Of a DNA stretch of 64,000 nt, positions 57,883-64,000 are shown in pieces. A model generated the notes under the pieces. The model saw only the letters and a list, made by a program, of their open reading frames with translations. It was not told the origin of the DNA and did no database searches. The stretch comes from Bdellovibrionota bacterium (GTDB taxonomy: Bacteria > Bdellovibrionota_C > UBA2361 > CAKMMH01): assembly GCA_050952645.1 (NCBI GenBank), contig JBMNLI010000009.1, forward strand, positions 1,800 to 65,799, given 5' to 3'. How positions within the stretch are numbered: position 1 is the stretch's first letter; each line of letters begins with the position of its first letter. A program made the translations under genes and the position numbers.

Positions 57883-60576
57883 CTAGTTTTTATTTACCTT
57901 ACTAGTTTTAGAATTACTAGTTTTAGAAGTATTAGCCTTAGTCTTGCTAGTTTCTTTTTTAGCTTTTTCTTTTTTATTTTTTTCTTTATTGTTTTTTTCT
58001 TTTATTTCACCTTTCTCTTCACTCTCATTTTCTAAACTAGCAAGTTTTATAGCTCTAGCTTGTAAAAGTGAAATAGCATCATCTAAACTTATCTCATCTA
58101 TATTATACCCAACTGGCACTGATGCATTTATTTTTCCATTAGTCACGTATGGACCATAGACACCAGATTTTAAATATATAGTTTCCTCAGATACTAAATC
58201 TTTTCCTAACTCCTTATTTAACGTGTTTTTTCTTCCCCTACCACGCCTTTTAGGCTCATGTAAAATAGAAATAGCCTCGTTTAACGTAATCTCAATAGGA
58301 GAAATATCCCCTAAACTTCTAGTCTCCTTTCCAGCTTGAATATAAGGACCAAATTTGCCATTAGCAACTATTATATCTTCATTATTATCGGGAAAAACAC
58401 CGAGAATTTTAGGAAGCTCTAAAAGTTTTAGCGCTACATCTAGAGAAACATCTTCAAGTTTCATATTTGAAAGAAGTGAAACCATCTTAGGTTCTTCATC
58501 GTTCTCACCAAGTTGAACGTAAGGACCAAAACGCCCAGTTTTAACGTAAATGTTTTTCCCATCTTTTCCCTTTCCTAAAGACACTGGGCCTTTTCTCGCT
58601 ATCTCTAAAAGCTCCTTTGCTTTTTCGAGCGTAAGCTCATCTGGGCACATCATATTAGGAAGAGCAGACGTTACCTCACCATCGGTTAAAAAAGGACCAA
58701 ATTTTCCTATCCTTACCTCTATAGTTTTTTCGCCATCTTTCCCTATAAATATTCCACAAGCAACCTTAGGGTCTATAACCTCTTCACCTCTTTTAACTAA
58801 AGCTTCTAAACCTAAAGTAGAATTGCCAAAATAAAAATCACTTAAATAATTTATATTATTTTTTTCTCCCCTAGCTATAGCATCTAAATCATCTTCTAAA
58901 TTAGCAGTAAATTTATAATCCACTAACTCACTAAAATCTTTCTCCATTAAACTAGTAACCGCCATTCCTAAAAATGTAGGAACTAAAGCGTGTTGCTTTT
59001 TAAAAGCGTAAGTCCTTGAAAGAACCACATCGACTATAGTCGCCCAAGTGCTAGGTCTTCCAATTCCCCTACTTTCAAGCTCTTTAATTAAACTTCCTTC
59101 AGTATATCTATAAGGTGGCTCGGTGTCGTGTGAAAGCGATGTAAGAGAATTTATATTTAACTCTTCACCTAACTCTAGCTTAGGAAGCATGCCTTCTGCT
59201 TCCTCTCCCTTAGCTTTATCTCCCTTACTTTCATCTTCACTATAAGCCCTTAAATGCCCTAAAAATTTCACCACCTTTCCTGAAGCTTTAAATATAGCAT
59301 CTCTGCAATTTAACTCTACATTTACACGCTCTCCTAGGGCATCTTTCATTTGGGAAGCAAGTGTTCTTTTATAAATCATCTCATAAAGTTTAGAAGCCTC
59401 AATTCCAAGTTTAGCCTTAACTTCACTTATAGGGGTAAATGATGAGCCAGCAGGTCTTATAGCCTCATGAGCTTCTTGAGCATTTCTTACTTGCGTCTTA
59501 TACACACGGGCATTAGGCGATAAATATTCCTCTCCATACTCTTTTTTAATAAGCGTTTTACAAGCACTTAAAGCCTCAGTGGAAAGATTAGTCGAGTCGG
59601 TTCTCATATACGTAATAAAACCGTTTTCATATAGAGATTGGGCTACTTGCATAGTCATTTTTGCTGTAAACTTTAATCTTTTATTTGCTTCTTGTTGTAA
59701 ACTAGACGTTACGAACGGTGCTTGCGGTTTAGTTATAAAATCTTTTTTTACTATCGAAGATACTACTACTTTTTCTTTTTTTAATTTAGCTTCTAACTCT
59801 TTTGCGCTTTTCTCATTTAATAAAATTACATTATCACTATTTAATAATTTACCAGTTGTAGGTTCAAAATCTTTAGAAAGCGCTACTTTTTTACCGCCAA
59901 CGCTAGAAAGCATAGCCTCAAAACTTTCGCCCTTTTCTTTTTTAGAAAAAACTCCCTTTATATCCCAGTAATTTGCAGATTTAAAATTTATGCGTTCCCT
60001 TTCTCTTTCAACTAATAGTCTTATCGCAACGCTTTGCACTCGCCCAGCACTTAAGCGTGGCACCATTTTTTTCCAAAGTAGCGGAGAGACAGTATAACCA
60101 AAAAGTCTATCTATAAAACGCCTAGTTTCTTGAGCTTTAACTAAATTATCATCTATTTCTATAGTATTATTTAACGCTTCATCGATAGCTTTTTTAGTAA
60201 TCTCATTAAATAGCAATCTTTTTACAGGAACTTTTGGTTTTAACACTTTTAGTAAATGCCAACTTATAGACTCTCCCTCCCTATCACCATCAGTTGCTAA
60301 CAATAAATAATCTGCTTCTTTTAATAATTTTTTAAGCTCTGCTACCTTCTTTTTTTTACTAGCTGGAATTACGTATAATGGCTCAAAATTATTCTCAACA
60401 TTTATACCTAATCTAGTCCATTTTTCCTTTTTAACCTCTTCTGGGATTTCACTAGCATTATTAGGTAAATCTCGAACATGCCCGAAAGAGGCTTCTACTA
60501 TATAATTATCTCCTAGAAACTTTCTTATAGTTTTTGCCTTAGTAGGCGACTCAACTATTACTAACGATTTTGACAT
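57883..60576 (-). CDS. topA: DNA topoisomerase I with Lys-rich C-terminal tail
   Basis: 897 aa. TOPRIM N-terminus (SLVIVESPTKAKTI), catalytic-Tyr region, repeated C-terminal Zn-ribbon-like/GRF-like repeats, basic tail. Confidence 0.95.
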   Translation of the reverse strand: MSKSLVIVESPTKAKTIRKFLGDNYIVEASFGHVRDLPNNASEIPEEVKKEKWTRLGINVENNFEPLYVIPASKKKKVAELKKLLKEADYLLLATDGDREGESISWHLLKVLKPKVPVKRLLFNEITKKAIDEALNNTIEIDDNLVKAQETRRFIDRLFGYTVSPLLWKKMVPRLSAGRVQSVAIRLLVERERERINFKSANYWDIKGVFSKKEKGESFEAMLSSVGGKKVALSKDFEPTTGKLLNSDNVILLNEKSAKELEAKLKKEKVVVSSIVKKDFITKPQAPFVTSSLQQEANKRLKFTAKMTMQVAQSLYENGFITYMRTDSTNLSTEALSACKTLIKKEYGEEYLSPNARVYKTQVRNAQEAHEAIRPAGSSFTPISEVKAKLGIEASKLYEMIYKRTLASQMKDALGERVNVELNCRDAIFKASGKVVKFLGHLRAYSEDESKGDKAKGEEAEGMLPKLELGEELNINSLTSLSHDTEPPYRYTEGSLIKELESRGIGRPSTWATIVDVVLSRTYAFKKQHALVPTFLGMAVTSLMEKDFSELVDYKFTANLEDDLDAIARGEKNNINYLSDFYFGNSTLGLEALVKRGEEVIDPKVACGIFIGKDGEKTIEVRIGKFGPFLTDGEVTSALPNMMCPDELTLEKAKELLEIARKGPVSLGKGKDGKNIYVKTGRFGPYVQLGENDEEPKMVSLLSNMKLEDVSLDVALKLLELPKILGVFPDNNEDIIVANGKFGPYIQAGKETRSLGDISPIEITLNEAISILHEPKRRGRGRKNTLNKELGKDLVSEETIYLKSGVYGPYVTNGKINASVPVGYNIDEISLDDAISLLQARAIKLASLENESEEKGEIKEKNNKEKNKKEKAKKETSKTKANTSKTSNSKTSKVNKN

Positions 60577-60810
60577 ACTTAACTTTAAATCCTAATATTT
60601 AATAACAATTTTAATAATCTAATAAAAATTACAACTTTTTTAAAAAAAAACAAAAGTGGATTTTAACAAATAAAAATTACTTAGTATACTATATAAATAA
60701 CTTTAAGAAAAAAATGTCAACCATTTATATTTAATATTTACATTACTAAATAATAAATTTAAAAATTAAACTTAGCTATAAAAATAAAGTTATCAATAAA
60801 AAAAATTAAC

Positions 60811-60819
60811 TGTGGATAA
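60811..60819. promoter_or_regulatory. perfect consensus DnaA box TGTGGATAA in the recF-topA intergenic region
   Basis: Exact 9-mer match. Rare in this AT-rich genome. Confidence 0.4.
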
Positions 60820-60905
60820 TACACATAACATACTATTATTAAATAGTTTTTTACTTTTTTTTACTATTATATTAAGGTAAAAATTTAAGGCTTTTTATAA
60901 ACTTA

Positions 60906-62000
60906 TCAACAAGCTTCGGTAAGTTTTCCACAGGAGATGTGGAAAACTTTTGATATATCTTTCTGCTCTAGAAAATCTAATATATTCTTATTAACACCAC
61001 TTATAAACACTTGTTCAGTCTGGTTAAATATAGTAGCTACTAACATTTCTCGCCTTTTATCGTCTAGCTCCGAGTCTACATCATCTAAAAGCACTATTGG
61101 GGATTCTTTTAAAACCTCTTCTAATAGCTTTAAAACGCCTAGTTTTAGCGATAACACTATACTTCTTACTTGCCCCTGAGAAGAATACTTTTTAGACTCT
61201 CTATCACCTAAAAACATTAGTAAATCATCCCTATGAACGCCTACTAAAACTCTTTTAAACATAAGCTCTTGTCTTAAGTAGGAATTATATCTATTAAAAA
61301 GCCCCTCTTTAGATACTTCATTTTTAAAATTATTCTTTAAAACTAAATTTAGCTTCCCATCGTGTGGGGCTATAGTTGAATATATATCCTTAGCCTTATC
61401 CTCTAAATTCCTTAAAAATTCCACTCTTTTTTGCTGTATAAAAAATCCACACTCGGCTAAAATCTTATTCCAAGGAATCACCTCTTTTTGAGATGCTCCT
61501 TGCTTAATAAGTATAATTTTATTTCTTAAAGCTTTTTTATACTGCAAAAGATAGTTTAAATATAGTGGCTCATAATCACTAATATGCTTATCTAAAAATC
61601 TTCTTCTAAGTTCAGATGCCCCCCTTACCATCAAAAGGTCATTAGGAGAAAAGGAGATGCAAATTAAATTTCTTATAAAATTATTTAAAGACTTTTCTTC
61701 CTGATGCTCTATAAAAAGTTTTCTGCCTTGGTTTCTAAAAAAAGATACACCAATATTTTTAGTAATATCACCATCTTTAATATCGGCAAACACTGAGGCT
61801 TCATTGTTTGGAAATGAGATAAAATCCTCAGTTTTTGCCGGTCTAAATGATTTAGTAATAGAGAGTATGTAAAGTGCTTCTAGTAAATTAGTTTTTCCCT
61901 CTCCATTATTTCCATAAATTAAATTTATCTTATTAGAAAAGTTTATATTTTGATCTTTTAAATTTCTAAATTGATATAAATATAATTTATCTACTATCAT
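60906..62000 (-). CDS. recF: DNA replication and repair protein RecF
   Basis: 364 aa. Walker A GNNGEGKTNLLEAL, SMC-like signature and Walker B (LLDDVDSELD). Immediately downstream of dnaN. Confidence 0.9.
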   Translation of the reverse strand: MIVDKLYLYQFRNLKDQNINFSNKINLIYGNNGEGKTNLLEALYILSITKSFRPAKTEDFISFPNNEASVFADIKDGDITKNIGVSFFRNQGRKLFIEHQEEKSLNNFIRNLICISFSPNDLLMVRGASELRRRFLDKHISDYEPLYLNYLLQYKKALRNKIILIKQGASQKEVIPWNKILAECGFFIQQKRVEFLRNLEDKAKDIYSTIAPHDGKLNLVLKNNFKNEVSKEGLFNRYNSYLRQELMFKRVLVGVHRDDLLMFLGDRESKKYSSQGQVRSIVLSLKLGVLKLLEEVLKESPIVLLDDVDSELDDKRREMLVATIFNQTEQVFISGVNKNILDFLEQKDISKVFHISCGKLTEAC

Positions 62001-62020
62001 TTAATATTATCTAAAATTAT

Positions 62021-63160
62021 CTAATTTACATTAATACGTATAGGCATTAAGTAAGCAACGCTCGATTTATCCTCAGGAGAGAAAATCTTTATAGGTTTTA
62101 ATTGACCGAAAAGCTCAAAAACTACCGTTTCACCGCCTAAGTATGAAACTAAATCGAGTAAGTATTTTGGGTTAAAACCTAAGTCTACAGGGTCTTTATT
62201 ATATTTAATTTCTATTTCATCTTTTGCCTCTCCAATCCCAGGGTTTGTGCTAGTCATAGTTAAGCAATTGTCTTCAAAGTGAAATAGCATTTTTTTATCT
62301 TTCTCAGAGTTCATTATAGTCATTCTTTTTAATGAGTTCATTATTACATTAGTATCAAACTCTACTTTAATAGATTTTCCCTTAGGCACAGCGTAATTAT
62401 AATCAGGGAATTTCGCATCTATTAGGCGCATTCCCATTTTTTGCGTTTCAGTTTCTACTACTAACAAAGAGTCCGTTATCTCTATAAGTATTTCTTCGTC
62501 GCCTAACTCTTCTAAAATCTTCTTTAACTCAAAAACTCCCTTTTTAGGAATTATTATTCCATCTTTTAAACAAGGTATTTTTACCTCTCTAGTCGCTATG
62601 GCCAATCTATGCCCATCTGTTGCAACGGCCCTTACGACCTCTTTTTTATCGTCTTCTTCTAATGTTCCTTTTTCTAAAAACACACCATTTAAACTCCATC
62701 TAGCCTCATCATTAGAAACTGCAAACGAGGTGCTATCAAACATACTTAACAAAACCGATGCAGGTATTTTATGCTTTGCTTTTATATCGTTAGTTGGGAA
62801 ACTAGGAAAAGCCTCAGAACTAATACATAAGATTTTAAGTTTAGCTTTAGCCGACGTTATAGATAAAATCTCCCCCTCTTCTAACTCTAATAAAATATCT
62901 TCTTCGGGAAGTTCTTTTATTATATCGGAAAACATTTTTGCATTAACTGTCGTGCTTCCATTTTCTATAACGTTTGCTTTAATCTTTGAAATTATAGTTA
63001 TCTCCATATCAGAAGAAGAAACCGTTAAAATACCATCTTTAGCATCTAACATGGCATTTTGTAGAATTGGCATGGTAGAGCGTTTTTCTACAATATTTTG
63101 ACTTACTTGCATTACTTTATTGATATCTTGTTTTTGAATAACTAATTTCATACTTTTCAC
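62021..63160 (-). CDS. dnaN: DNA polymerase III beta subunit (sliding clamp)
   Basis: 379 aa, three-domain beta-clamp pattern. Canonical dnaN-recF linkage. Confidence 0.9.
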   Translation of the reverse strand: MKSMKLVIQKQDINKVMQVSQNIVEKRSTMPILQNAMLDAKDGILTVSSSDMEITIISKIKANVIENGSTTVNAKMFSDIIKELPEEDILLELEEGEILSITSAKAKLKILCISSEAFPSFPTNDIKAKHKIPASVLLSMFDSTSFAVSNDEARWSLNGVFLEKGTLEEDDKKEVVRAVATDGHRLAIATREVKIPCLKDGIIIPKKGVFELKKILEELGDEEILIEITDSLLVVETETQKMGMRLIDAKFPDYNYAVPKGKSIKVEFDTNVIMNSLKRMTIMNSEKDKKMLFHFEDNCLTMTSTNPGIGEAKDEIEIKYNKDPVDLGFNPKYLLDLVSYLGGETVVFELFGQLKPIKIFSPEDKSSVAYLMPIRINVN

Positions 63161-64000
63161 CCATTTAAGAAAACATAAAAGAAAAATATATAATATTTTA
63201 GGAGAATACTAACACAGGATAATATATCAAAAAATAAACTAATTTTAAAGCAAAAAAAGAAAGATAATTAACAAAGTTATTAACAATTGTGAATAACTTT
63301 GTTAATATATTGAAAATATTACCATCTTTTTAATAAATAATTTTTAAAATTACCAAACAAATCATATTTTCTACATATTATATACAGAATTTTTCACTTT
63401 TTCTTAACATACAAAATATAAAGATTTCAATATATTATACCACTTATAAACAGATATAGTGTCCTATATAAAGAAACTATTAACAAATAATAAACGCTTT
63501 TCACAAGTTTTTATATAAATTGTTTTAAAAAGTTATACACATCGTTATCAACAATGTTGATAACTTTTATAACTTATTAAATTATTTAATTTTTAGATGT
63601 TATTTTTGGTGTGTAAAATATGATGATAAACCATACTACCTTATCTTATCAACATTTAATAACAAAAAACTAACAAAGTAGTAAACACTTTATAAACAAA
63701 AAATATATAATATTTTCAATGTTATATACTACTTATAAACAATAAAGGAAAATATCATTTAATTTTATAAACACTTAAAAAAAACACTTATTCACAATAA
63801 CTATTTGTTTTTATTAAATAATTTTCTATTTTCTATTACTATTATTATTAATATTTATATATATAGTAGTAATAGTAGTAGGGGGAGCGATTTTCTGTTG
63901 AAAAGTTAGTTAATTATTTAATTCTATTAGATAAAGTTTGTAAGTAAACTGTTTGTTGTAATTAGAATAATTTTAGAAGTTTTTCACAATTTTAAAGGTT
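63161..64000. other. candidate chromosomal replication origin (oriC) upstream of dnaN
   Basis: 840 bp with no ORF. Near-consensus DnaA boxes: TGTGAATAA at 63288, TTATCAACA at 63648, TTATTCACA at 63791. A 21-bp perfect palindrome GTTATCAACAATGTTGATAAC sits near 63545. A 14-bp inverted repeat TTAACAAAGTTATT...AATAACTTTGTTAA lies at 63269-63306. CTTATAAACA recurs four times. An AT-only tract at 63830-63880 could be a DNA-unwinding element. Confidence 0.5.

Noticed and set aside
3119-62598. Many short ORFs antisense to or nested in confident genes, for example 3119..3304, 4408..4647, 8284..8638, 12297..12644, 13754..14458, 17141..17692, 24491..24790, 26273..26574, 27925..28380, 31446..32456, 36386..36580, 38985..39269, 40699..40908, 43590..43802, 50392..50930, 53827..54132, 56644..56904, 57194..57409, 57944..59971, 60937..61179, 62598..63101
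   Set aside because: Each overlaps a longer, domain-supported gene on the opposite strand or in another frame. The skewed AT-rich codon composition readily produces open antisense frames. No independent RBS, promoter or domain evidence.

Overview
The window is a 64 kb stretch of a very AT-rich (about 27% GC) bacterial chromosome. An lpxB gene, a VKOR-DsbA fusion and lipoproteins indicate a diderm envelope; I cannot place the organism from the sequence alone. Standard translation table: no conserved gene needs TGA read as Trp. Main contents in order: (1) One 16S rRNA gene on the minus strand (about 242..1760); the remaining ~240 nt of spacer before the window edge hold no recognisable tRNA. 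(2) Housekeeping genes: lpxB, a YfhO-like membrane protein, uvrC, uvrB, murJ, an NlpC/P60 peptidase, an orphan fliD with a sigma-28-type promoter, two tandem NUDIX hydrolases, infC with a TTG start, a PMM/PGM mutase, a DHH/NrnA-type phosphoesterase, lipA, rpiA, a VKOR-DsbA fusion, an HU-like protein, engB, an M23 peptidase, a sigma-70-family factor, then topA, recF and dnaN. An 840-bp non-coding, DnaA-box-rich region upstream of dnaN is a probable oriC. (3) A tight-adherence (Tad/Flp) pilus cluster on the minus strand (43.3-54.3 kb): tadZ/cpaE-like, an flp pilin with a Gly/Thr-rich tail, cpaB, tadA/cpaF, tadB, tadC, TadG-like and TadE-like pseudopilins, a 367-aa unknown, and a hybrid histidine kinase. 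No secretin (rcpA/cpaC) and no prepilin peptidase (tadV/cpaA) are present. A PilB/GspE-type ATPase and PilC/GspF-type platform pair sits next to it, divergent from the sigma-factor gene. A GT-C (ArnT/PMT-like) glycosyltransferase is divergent from tadZ. (4) A family of small non-autonomous inverted-repeat elements (MITE-like), detailed in the findings. (5) Further repeat families; two GC-rich islands (about 45-50% GC) carrying small unknown ORFs; and a decaying accessory patch (19.2-21.7 kb) with a nonsense-interrupted HAD hydrolase gene. No CRISPR array or prophage. A tRNA truncated at the left window edge cannot be excluded.
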